Source of the DNA: a virus
DNA length: 58,314 bases
Strand: one strand, 5' to 3'
Virus record (IMG/VR): IMGVR_UViG_3300017694_000094
Span: 1 to 58,314 of that record
The translations under genes and the position numbers were made by a program. The notes beneath the pieces were generated by a model that had not been told where the DNA came from, did not search any database, and saw only the letters and a list, made by a program, of their open reading frames with translations. Shown here piece by piece: positions 8,354-18,000 of the stretch (positions within the stretch are counted from its first letter, which is position 1; every line of letters begins with the position of its first letter).

Positions 8354-8601
8354 AGGCCCCGCACGACGCCAAGAAGCTGCTGCGCGCCGACTTCATGGCA
8401 TGGCTCGATAGCCGGGGAGCAACGCTGGCGGAACCGACCAATCAGTACGAGTTGGTCCGCTATAAGATGTGGGGGCCGGACGATAAGCGCCGGCCTTCCA
8501 TCCACATCATCTATCGCCGGGGCAACGGGTCTCTGACCTACACCGGCGAATCGCGCGCGCATTACGAGACGTTCTGCGCCGACAAGGGACGAGGACTATG
8601 A
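8350..8601 (+). CDS. hypothetical protein (83 aa)
   Basis: ORF track. ATGA overlaps on both sides. Confidence 0.6.
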   Translation: MKAPHDAKKLLRADFMAWLDSRGATLAEPTNQYELVRYKMWGPDDKRRPSIHIIYRRGNGSLTYTGESRAHYETFCADKGRGL

Positions 8602-9293
8602 CCGACACCAACATGAGCATGTCGACGGAGGTGGCCGATCTGTTCGCCGCCCTCGCGCTGGCAAACAAGGAAATCCAGAACGTCGACCAGAACCGCACGG
8701 TCGAGGTCAAGACGCGGGACAGCGGCAAATACTCGTACAGCTACGCCACGCTCGCGAACATCGTTCACAACATCCGCGACGCCCTGACCAAGAACGGGGT
8801 GTGGTACACGCAGCGGATCGCGGACGGGAACATGGTGACGCGGCTGATCCACAGCAGCGGCCAATGGCTCGACACCGGACATGTCCCGATGCCGAACGTC
8901 AGCGGCAAGCCGGCGGAGGTCGGCGCGGTCGTGTCGTTCTTCAAGCGCTACAGCCTGTCTGCGGCAATGGGCCTCGCGACCGAAGAGGACAACAGCGGCG
9001 AGGACGGCGGGCGCGACGTGAACTTCCGCGCACGGGGCGAGCGGCGTGACCGCGACGAGCCGCGCGACGTGGCGACTGGCGTCGAGGAACCGCCCGAAGG
9101 CTGGGGGGATTGGGGCCGGACCATCATCGCCGAGGTCGAGACGGCGAAGGATAACGACCGGCTCGATCAGCTTCGCGACGACAACAAGCGGTACATCAAC
9201 GGCGTCAACAAGGTGGACGCCATGATCTTCCGCGTCGTCCAAGAGGCGTTCACCAAGCGCCGCGCAGCGCTCGATCCGAACGCCAGCTTCTGA
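8598..9293 (+). CDS. erf: ERF-family single-strand annealing recombinase
   Basis: KYSYSYATLANIVHNIRDAL...TRLIHSSGQW...GAVVSFFKRYSLSAAMGLATEEDNSGED matches the ERF superfamily pattern. Confidence 0.8.
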   Translation: MTDTNMSMSTEVADLFAALALANKEIQNVDQNRTVEVKTRDSGKYSYSYATLANIVHNIRDALTKNGVWYTQRIADGNMVTRLIHSSGQWLDTGHVPMPNVSGKPAEVGAVVSFFKRYSLSAAMGLATEEDNSGEDGGRDVNFRARGERRDRDEPRDVATGVEEPPEGWGDWGRTIIAEVETAKDNDRLDQLRDDNKRYINGVNKVDAMIFRVVQEAFTKRRAALDPNASF

Positions 9294-9294
9294 C

Positions 9295-9711
9295 ATGGCG
9301 ACGCTATGGCTTCGTCGCACGGCGGCCGGGTTCGTCCCGGCCCCAGGCGCAGAGATCCCGAAGACGTGGAAGATCGGCGACGACCTGCGCGCCGAGGTTA
9401 CGAAGCCGCGGAACCTGCGCAAGCACCGCAAGGCGTTCATCTTGCTGGATGTCGTCTACCCGCACACGGAATATCCGTCCAAGGAGGCGCTGCGCAAGGC
9501 GATGACGATCGGCGCGGGGTTCGTCGAAGAGACGATTAACCCCATGACCGGCGAGGTCTGCCTGATCCCGCGTAGCTGGGCGTTCCACAACATGGACGAG
9601 ATGGAGTTCGAGCAGCTTTACTCGGCCATGATCGGCGTCGCCCTGAAGGTGGTCGAGGGCAGCACGCGGGAAGACTGGTTCGGCGCGGTCGAGGACATCG
9701 CGCGGCTATGA
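9295..9711 (+). CDS. DUF1367-like phage protein
   Basis: RKHRKAFILLDVVY...ALRKAMTIGAGFVE...PRSWAFHNMDEMEFEQLY resembles DUF1367 as I recall it. Confidence 0.55.
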   Translation: MATLWLRRTAAGFVPAPGAEIPKTWKIGDDLRAEVTKPRNLRKHRKAFILLDVVYPHTEYPSKEALRKAMTIGAGFVEETINPMTGEVCLIPRSWAFHNMDEMEFEQLYSAMIGVALKVVEGSTREDWFGAVEDIARL

Positions 9712-9902
9712 CGGCATGGTGGGAGGGCCGGCGTTTCTTCGCGTGCCGCTGCGGCGCGCGTGACGAGGAAACCGCAGAGCGCAAGCTATCCTCCCTAGAC
9801 TGCTGGATGTGTCATGCTCCCGACAGCATGAAGGAATGGTGGCCGCCAGAGGTGCGGCAGAAGGAGGAAGGCAAATGCGAACGCGATACCAACCCCGCCT
9901 GA
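9708..9902 (+). CDS. small Cys-rich protein (64 aa)
   Basis: ATGA overlap with the previous gene. G/C-ending codons dominate when read codon by codon. Confidence 0.5.
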   Translation: MTAWWEGRRFFACRCGARDEETAERKLSSLDCWMCHAPDSMKEWWPPEVRQKEEGKCERDTNPA

Positions 9903-10033
9903 CGTGGAAGCCGGTCGTCAGGGTCAAGCATCGGCGAATCGTCGGCGGATACGGTGGCGAGGTGCTGCGCGGCTGGCGGCTGTACCTGTTCGGCATCGTG
10001 CCGCTGTGGGTCGTGCCGGGGCGCGAGGGCTGA
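9875..10033 (+). CDS. small protein (52 aa) with C-terminal hydrophobic segment
   Basis: ATG 9875 is preceded by AAGGAGGAAGG. G/C-ending codons are strongly enriched. Overlaps the 3' end of 9708..9902. Confidence 0.5.
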   Translation: MRTRYQPRLTWKPVVRVKHRRIVGGYGGEVLRGWRLYLFGIVPLWVVPGREG

Positions 10034-10034
10034 C

Positions 10035-10313
10035 ATGCCCGACCTATCGTGGACGCTGGAGAGCGGCCCGGAGGATGCGCCCTGCGTTCTCGAAATTGAG
10101 GTGCCGTACACCTATCGCGGCGGTGGCACCGACTATTTCGCGGGCGGATGCTGGAACCCAGGCGACGCCGCCGAGGTCGAACTCGATACCGCGTGGTTCG
10201 TGAACGACGACGGCGAACGGTGCGAGGTCGATTTGCTCGAAGCAGAATACGAGAAGGTGGAACAGCACATCTACGAGAACCCGCCCGAGCCGGATTATGG
10301 GGACGATTACTGA
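10035..10313 (+). CDS. hypothetical acidic protein (92 aa, start MPDLSW)
   Basis: ATG lies immediately after the upstream stop. Protein-like composition. Confidence 0.55.
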   Translation: MPDLSWTLESGPEDAPCVLEIEVPYTYRGGGTDYFAGGCWNPGDAAEVELDTAWFVNDDGERCEVDLLEAEYEKVEQHIYENPPEPDYGDDY

Positions 10314-10666
10314 TGCCGATCAGACCAGAGAACGCAAAGCGCTATCCGCCTCGCAGCGTGTGGCGAGCAATGGTCGAAGCAGCGCGGGAGCGCGGCGGCA
10401 ACCGCTGCGAGTGCGACGGCAAATGCGGACAAGACCATCCCGGCGGGCGGTGCAACGTAGAGAACGGCAAGCCCCATCCTGACACCGGCTCTACCGTCGT
10501 CCTCACGCTCGCTCACCAGCATGGTGTGCCGCTGGAGGAAACGAGCATAGATCGCATGTTCCACGCCTGCCAGCGCTGTCACAACCGCTACGATGCCCCG
10601 ATGCGCCGACGAGGCATCCAAGAACGCGCTCGCGCTGCCGCCGCGGCTGGGGATCTGTTTCCATGA
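10313..10666 (+). CDS. His-Me finger (HNH-like) nuclease candidate
   Basis: Start MPIRPEN (TGATG overlap). Has CECDGKCG...H...LAHQH...CQRCHNRYD, a Cys/His layout typical of HNH. Confidence 0.5.
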   Translation: MPIRPENAKRYPPRSVWRAMVEAARERGGNRCECDGKCGQDHPGGRCNVENGKPHPDTGSTVVLTLAHQHGVPLEETSIDRMFHACQRCHNRYDAPMRRRGIQERARAAAAAGDLFP

Positions 10667-11040
10667 AACGCACCCCCTTGCGCCTTCGCCGCCCGACGCC
10701 GCGCCGTTCCGCGCCTGATCGCGTGAAGCACGAACGCCAGAAGCCGAAGGCGGGGGCTGGTCCGACCGCGGAGCAGCGTCGCTATTGGGATCAGCTACCG
10801 CAGGCGTGCCAAGGATGCGGCGCGCCCGGCGAGTGCGTTCACCACCTGCTGTCCGACGCCCCCGGCAAGGTCGGCCGCCGCGATCACTGGTTCGTCGTGC
10901 GACTCTGCCACCTGTGCCATAATCGCGGTACGGAGAGTGTTCATCTGCTCGGATCGGAGCGCGCATACGAAGGCGTGCGTGGCGTCGATTTGGTCGAAGC
11001 TGCTATGGCAAACGTCGCACGGCATAGGAACCGATCATGA
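10663..11040 (+). CDS. DUF968/NinG-like His-Me finger protein candidate
   Basis: CQGCGAPGECVHHLL...GRRDHWFVVRLCHLCHN resembles the DUF968 pattern. Confidence 0.5.
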   Translation: MKRTPLRLRRPTPRRSAPDRVKHERQKPKAGAGPTAEQRRYWDQLPQACQGCGAPGECVHHLLSDAPGKVGRRDHWFVVRLCHLCHNRGTESVHLLGSERAYEGVRGVDLVEAAMANVARHRNRS

Positions 11041-11213
11041 GCGAAGAACCCAACAAGGAAGCGAACCGCGCGCGCATCGTGCGCGAGGCGCTGGATGCAG
11101 CCGGACTGGCGGCGTTCGGCGACGGCGATTTCGCCGCGGCTCAGGGCTTCATGAACTTGGCGCGCTGCGCCACCGATCGTTCTCTCGCCCATCTCGGGCG
11201 GTTGTTGAAGTGA
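11037..11213 (+). CDS. small hypothetical protein (58 aa; below the ORF-track length cutoff)
   Basis: I translated it by hand: MSEEPNKEANRARIVREALDAAG...LGRLLK. ATGA overlap upstream and G/C-ending codons. Confidence 0.45.
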   Translation: MSEEPNKEANRARIVREALDAAGLAAFGDGDFAAAQGFMNLARCATDRSLAHLGRLLK

Positions 11214-11224
11214 AGGAGGAAGGC

Positions 11225-11857
11225 ATGAAGATCAAATGGGGCCCATCGATCGCTTTGCGCGGCCGGCCCGCATGGCTCGACAGCAAGACCCCCTGCCAAT
11301 GTTTCTGGCCTGATGGTGGATGGTCATCGCGCGCCTGTCGCCCCGCGGAGTTCGACCAACTGTGGGAACGCTTGCTTGCGATCCGCGTACCCGCCGACCA
11401 CTTCGCTTATAAGGCGATCGCCGCTGGGTTCGAGCCGTGGGCTGGCGGCGACCTGCCGCCGATCGATTGGGATCAAGACAAATGCGTGCTGGTCGAAGAC
11501 GGAAGCGCGCGACCCGGCTTTGCGTGGAACTGGAGCGCCGAGCCGGTCAACGGCCTCGGCATGAAACTCGCGCGAATCATCGGCTATCACAAGAAGGAGA
11601 AGACCATGACCGAACCCGCACCCGAAGCGCCGAACACCGACGCGATGCCGACGCCCGACGCGATCGCGCGCGAACTCGCCACCACCCAGGCACAGCGCAA
11701 TGCGCTCGGCCAGATCGCGGCGCACTGGATCGGCCGGTTCTTCGCGCTGAAGGCGGCGGGCGGTGACATCCCGCCGGCCAACATCGTGCCGTCCACCGAG
11801 GCGGCGCTGCGCGAAGTCGACGCGATGATGCAGCAGCTGGCCGCGTCCGGTGAGTGA
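11225..11857 (+). CDS. hypothetical protein, paralog of 51629..52327
   Basis: ATG 11225 lies behind GAAGGAGGAAGG. Shares KWGPSI..G.RPAWL and IRVPADH/IRLPADH blocks with 51629..52327. Confidence 0.6.
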   Translation: MKIKWGPSIALRGRPAWLDSKTPCQCFWPDGGWSSRACRPAEFDQLWERLLAIRVPADHFAYKAIAAGFEPWAGGDLPPIDWDQDKCVLVEDGSARPGFAWNWSAEPVNGLGMKLARIIGYHKKEKTMTEPAPEAPNTDAMPTPDAIARELATTQAQRNALGQIAAHWIGRFFALKAAGGDIPPANIVPSTEAALREVDAMMQQLAASGE

Positions 11858-12035
11858 GATGCCGCGCGCGGCGGTCGGTACGTTTCCGTACCCGCATCGC
11901 ACCGTGCGCGAGATGGACATGGACAGGTTGGAGACGTTGCTCGATTCCGGTCAGCCGGTGGATAGCCCCGAGATCACTCGCCTGTTCAACATGATGCCCG
12001 ACTTCCGCGAGTTGTATTTCGCGGAAGCTGATTAG
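11850..12035 (+). CDS. hypothetical protein (61 aa)
   Basis: ORF track. Last gene of the rightward operon. Confidence 0.5.
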   Translation: MSEMPRAAVGTFPYPHRTVREMDMDRLETLLDSGQPVDSPEITRLFNMMPDFRELYFAEAD

Positions 12036-12039
12036 GGCG

Positions 12040-12071
12040 GCAGCCCCTGCGGTCACGGTCGCAGGGGCTGC
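12040..12071. terminator. convergent (bidirectional) terminator hairpin
   Basis: Perfect 12-bp stem GCAGCCCCTGCG / CGCAGGGGCTGC with an 8-nt loop, between the convergent gene ends. It overlaps the last codons of the giant ORF. Confidence 0.6.
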
Positions 12072-15000
12072 TTGATCGCCTTGATGTAGACCGAATTGAA
12101 CGCGGTAATCGTCCGCTTCTCGGCGTCCGTGACCTTCGCCATACGCTCGGCATAGGTGGCGGCGTCGATCTTCTTCTGATCCCTCGCCAGTTCCAGCCCG
12201 TTGCGCGCCTTGCGCACCTCCGACATGGTTTTCCGCGCCGCCTTCGCCGCGCCGATCAGGCCAACGGTCGGCTTCTCTTCCGCGATATACGCCCGCGCCG
12301 CCGCCACGCCGCTGCGCTGCGCATAGCTTTTCGCGTTGTCGACCACGCCCTCGACCTCTTCGAGCCGAGCATAGAACGCGGACTTGTCGTACCATGCCGG
12401 CTTCTTGCCGATCACCTTGCGAGCCAGCGGGATGTCGTTGACGCCCAGCACCGTCTCGGGGTCGCCGTCTGCCAGCTTCAGCGGCGCGGCCAGAGTCCGG
12501 TCCACGAACGCGCCCGCGCCGCCGGTGACCATCCCGAACAGATATTCCAGCGTCTCGGGCGACACGTCGACCGCGCCCGCGACAACCTCGTCGCCGCCGG
12601 TGCCGACGTTCAGCAAATCGGTGACGCCCTTCCAGACCGGGTTGACGTTATTCCAATAGCGCTGATTGTCCGGCTCCTTCGGGCCGAAGGGCGTGTCGTT
12701 CGGCATGATCGGGCGGCCGGCGTAATCCTTGTTCAGCGTCAGGTCGACGACCGGATCAGCGAACGTCGGCGAGATCATGTTCAGCAGGCTCCCCGAGCCG
12801 ATCGGGTTGAACGCCTCGAAGAACGCCATCAGCGCGTCGGTCGCGACGGTCATCGGCCGGTCGCCCTTGGCCCCCCGCACGATGCTCCGGCCCAGCGTGT
12901 GGAAGGCGTTGTACCCCCACGGCATCGGCAGCTTCAGGTACTCTCCCCACGGCCCCTTGACCATGAGGATCATGTTGCGGCTCTTCTCGAACTCGCCCAG
13001 CTTCTCGTACACTGGCTCGCCGTCGTCGTCGTCCGGCGACAGCATGGTATTGAGCAATTCCTGAAGCGCTCCGGCCACGACGATCGCGCCGACCACCTTC
13101 TGCACCCGGCGGTTGCCGAGCGCGACCATCATACGCGCCGTGCCCTGGATGCTGGCGTTGTAGAACAGGTACAGCGCGTTCATCAGCACACCGTACTGGC
13201 CGCGGCGGTTGAAGTTGACCGTCAGATTCTTGGCGATGCTCGCCGCCTGTGGTGCCGATACGCCCGCCTGCCGCGCGTTCTTGTACGCCGACAGGCGGAT
13301 CGCGTTCTCGACGCCGGTGTTCAGCTTGTCGATGAAGCCATAGGCCGCCTTGATGTCGCTCATCGCGATCATGGCAAGCTGCTTCGGCGCGGTGTTGAGG
13401 CCGGTCGGGTTTGGTCGACGCTTCGGATCGAACCGCCGCTCCATCTCTTTCCGCAGCGTCTCCAGATCCTGCATCTGGTTGTACGACACGCGCCCGCCCT
13501 CGTCGGTGAACTCGCGCCACCACCGACCCCACTCGCCCGTCTCATTGCCGAACGCGCCGCGGGTCGCCGCCGCCATTGCCGCGCGCCAGTCCTTCAGCGT
13601 GCCGCGCTGTAGCCCCGGCACGTCGATGCCGGCGAGATTGACGCCCGCGGTCTGCACGTCGCGGAAGGCGTTCGTGATGATGAACTCGGGGTTGAGGCTG
13701 GTGTTGACCGACGACAGGAAGCGATTCCACTTCCCCAGGAAGACGAGCGCTTGGCTGGTCTTCTGCTCGTCGAGTCGACGCATTGCCTCCGCCAACCGCC
13801 GCGCCGCCGGGTTGGCCTTGTTCATGGTCACGCGGGCTTCCTTGCCCTCGATCTTCAGGCTGACCGTCCAGTCGGCATCCTCGCCGACCAGCGCGCGAAC
13901 CGGGTAGCTTTCCACGAACCCCGTGAGCGGGTTCATCTGCCGCTTCATGGTGACCTTGTTGACGGTCCAGAAGTCGGGGTCCGGCGACGCTTTCGCCAGA
14001 TCGTAGAACGCGCGCGCCACCTTGTTCTTCTCGCCGCGGACGATCGCTTCCTCCGCCTGCATGATCGAATGCGCGATGATGTCGTCGGCCATGCTGCGGC
14101 GACCGAAGGCCCGCTTCGATTCCGCGCCGCGCACCGTCAGGCCCATGCCTCCCGTGCTGCCGCGTTCGTTGGCGTTGTCGAGTTCGGCGAACCCGCGCAG
14201 GGGGACGTAGAACTCGTATGCACTGTCCCAGCTATCCGCCTGCTCTTCACTTAGGAGTCCAGCCTCACGGCGTTCGTTGCGCGCGAACTCCAGCATCCCG
14301 TACACGCGGTCCGCCACCCGCTCGAAAGCGTTGGTGCGGCCGGCGCGATCAATGCGCGCGAGGATCGCCGCTGCTTCAATGTCGCTCATACCGGAGCCGC
14401 TGCCATCGGCGAAATCGGGGTTGATGCTGGCGACGTGTGCGTTCCGCTCTGGCGCGTGCTTGGCGTACAGGAACGACTCCAGTTCGTCGGCGCTGACGCC
14501 CTCCGCTTCCATCGCCGCGAATAGCGGGTCGACGTGCGCGTCGGTCAGCCGTTCCATCTTCGCGCCGACACGGCCGGTCATCAACTCTTCCGCCAGATAC
14601 GGACGCTCGTCGTCACGCAACTCGCGGCCGATCACCCGCTCCACCGCCGCCTCGGCGCGCAGCGCGGGCAACATGCGGTCTTGAAGCCGGACGCGCCATG
14701 CGTCGACGCCCTCGCCCAGTCGCCCGACCAGCGTCTTCGCCGCTTCGGTCGCCTCGCTCACGGTCGCCGGGTTCGGCGCAGCCGCATCGCCCATGATGCT
14801 CTCGCGCGGCGCGCCGCCGGCCGCCTCGCCCTCGCGTGCGCCGATCGCGCCCCTGTCAATTTGGCGCATGATGTCGCCAGCCGTCTGCGTGCGCGTCACC
14901 AGCTGGCGGATTGCGGCGATGAAGTCGCGGATGCGGCCGAGCGCTGCACCCATGAAGCCGGTGCGGTTGCCCTGCCACTGCGCGAACATGATCGCGACAG

Positions 15001-18000
15001 CCTCTTCCGTCTGCCCCGCTTCGTCCAGGCTGCCGTAACGCTCCTTCACGCGCGCCATGATCTTGGCGTCGGCGCGTGCCGCCTTCTCCAGCGTGACCCA
15101 CTCCGCGCCGCGGAACAGGCCCATATCGCGCAGCGCGTGGACGAACTCATGGTGGAAGGTGGCGGTCGGGTCCGCGCCGTTGTCGAGCGCGACCGAGATG
15201 ACGCCGTTGAAATACATGCCGGCGACGCGGTTGTCGTTCAGCAGCGTGTTGACGGTCGAGATCACCAGCCGGTCACCGCTGATTCCCATCCGCTTCGCCT
15301 CAGCCGCCAGCTTCGCGCGGACGGCATCCATGTCCGCGCCTTCGCCCGCGGCCTCGTCCGTGACCGACAGCTTCGCGCCGTCCGGTAGCGGCGGCAAGGG
15401 CGCGTTCTTCGCCGACGCTTCCGCGGTAAGCTGGCTCTCGATCCGGTTGACGTTGCCCGCCAGTTCGTCGATCTCGGCCTGCCCCGCGAACGCCTTCTTG
15501 GTCTGCGGCGTGTATTCGGCGATGTCGGTCTTCGCCCGCTCGATCTTCCCGCGCGCGTCGGCGAGGTCGCTCTCGAAGCCGCGCAGCACCGCCGCCGCCG
15601 ACTGCGGGATACCGTCCGGCGTCTCCGCGCGGATGCGCTGCTGCTGCTCGCCATTGCGGTTGAGGTACAGCGTGACGGACGTATCCTTGCCGTACACGGC
15701 CACGTCGACCGTCAGCGGGAAGCCGCTGATCTCGGCGATCTTGCGGTCGCGTACCGTCGTCTTCTTCGCGGCCATTTCTTCCATGCGGTCGAGGATCGCC
15801 TGACCGAACTCGGCGCGGACCGTGTATTCGGTGCCGCCCACGGTCGCCTTGAAGTTGTCGCCGCTAATGTCTTGGCGCTGCGCGATGTCCTTCTCGATCT
15901 CGGGAATCGCCGCGTTCTGACGCTCGATCGTCTCTTCTGCCAGCCGCACCCGCTCGGCCGCCGCGAAGACACTGCGCTCGAACCCGGCCTTGCGCAGTTG
16001 CGCCCGCTCCAGATCCTGCCGGTACTGCGTCAGTTCGAGGATGCGCGGGTCGGCCGTCGTCAGCGCCTTCGCCTGCTCGTACTGGCTGGCCTCGCCCAGA
16101 TCGTCCATCGATCGCAGGGACGGGTCGCCGTTGAAGAACCCGTCGATGAAGCGCGCCTTCGTCTCCATCATCTGCCACATCGTGGAATCGTAGGTGCCCT
16201 TGGTCGAGTAATCGCGGATCTCGATCTCGGGGTTCATGTTGCCCTGGCGCAGCCCGCGCCCGTTCCGCTGCTCGTCGTTCGCGGGATACCACTGCGGGTC
16301 GAGGTTGTGGATCGCATAGAGGCGGCGCTGCGCGTTGACGCCCGTTCCCATCTTCGGAACGCTGCCGATCAGCACCCGCACCTTGCCTTCGTTCATGTCG
16401 TTGAACAGGCGCTGCCGTGCAACGCTGGTCTTGTAATCGGAGATGATCGCCACCTCCGAATCCTTCAGCCCGCCGGCGATCAGGCGCTGGCGGATATAGC
16501 GGTGGATCTGGAAGTCTCCGTTGATGCCGAGATCGGAGAAGATCATCTGAGTCGCCGGCCCGGTGAACGCTGGCGTGCTGGCGTAGCCGCCCGCTTCCGC
16601 CCGATAGAACGGCTTGGCCTTCGTCTCTTCGGCGATGCGCGAGACGCTATCGATCAGCATCTCCAGCTTCGATTGCTCGTCCTCGCGCAGCGCCGGATTG
16701 ACGAGGCGCATATCGATCGCGGCCTTGCGGCCGTCGCCGATGACGGACAGCAGGATGTCGTCGCCCTTCTTCGGCTTCCCGCGGCGCGCCTCGATCGCCT
16801 TCATGCGCGCGCCGAGCGTCTGCTGGTATTCCTGCAAGGCCGGCGTCGGCTCCGCGACGATCATCTGGCGGCTGCCGCCCTTCAGCTTCGGCCGCACCAC
16901 GTACTGCTCAAGCTGGCGGCTGGTCACCACGTCCATGACCTGCCGCACCATCGCGGACAATTCGGGCACGTTGACGAACTTGGCGAACCGGGTCTGCGGC
17001 TTGTAGCCGCCGGCCGGGTCTTGCTCCAGCGCGGTCACCGTCTCGCCGAACGCGCCGGCCCATGCGTCGAACTGCTCCAGCCCGCGCTCCGCCAATTCGC
17101 TCGCCTGCTGATAGCGCTGGAGGCTGAACAACTCCGCCATCGTGTTCGTGACCGGCGTGCCCGACGCCAGCACATGGCTCCGGCCGGGGTTCTGCTCTTC
17201 GAGGTAGCGGGTCTTGGCGAACAGGTCGTAACTCATCGCCGAGCCGTTGGGGTCGACGCCGCGGACGCTCCCCATCTTGGTCGCGAAGTCCAGCTTGCGA
17301 AACAGGTGGGCCTCGTCGACGAACAGGAAATCGATACCGGTTTCCTCGAACGTGAACACCTGATCGGCCCGCTTCTTGCGACCGCTCAGCTTCTGCGTCA
17401 TCGACTCGATCTGCTGTTCGATCCGGCTGACCGTGATCCGCTTGGACGGGTCGCTGCTCTTCTCGGCCTTCAACTCGTTCAGGATGCCGCGGAAATCGTC
17501 GATCTGCTTCTTCAGCAGCCGGTCGGCGAACGCATCGCTGACCGGGATGAAGCCGAACGCAGAATGCGTGATGATGACCGCATCCAGATCCTCGGTCGCC
17601 ATGTTGGCAACGAACTGCTTACGGCGGTCCGTGTGGAACTGGCGCTCGTCCGCAACCATGATCTTCGCGGTCGGGTACTGCTCGTAGAACTCCTTGGTGA
17701 ACTGGCCGAGCATATGGTTCGGCACCGCGTACATGGGTTTGCGCACCAGCCCGAGCCGGCGCATTTCCATGCCCGCGCCGATCATGGCGCTGGTCTTCCC
17801 CGCGCCAACCGCGTGGGCCATGTACGTGTTGCCGGCCTGGATGATGCGCGACACCACGCGCTTCTGGTGCGGACGCCATGACCACGACTCCGCGATGCCC
17901 GGCGTCGTCAGGTACGATCCGTCATAGGTCGGCGCGACAAGATTGTTATAGGACTCGTTGTAGAGTCCTACCAACTCTCCAGCCCGCTTGTCGTCGCTCC

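Noticed and set aside
15872-17881. 669-aa plus-strand ORF antisense to the helicase region of the giant gene
   Set aside because: The translation is Arg/Leu/Ala/Pro-rich with no motifs. The opposite strand carries in-frame GAGKT/DEAH/QRNGRG motifs. This is a typical high-GC shadow ORF.
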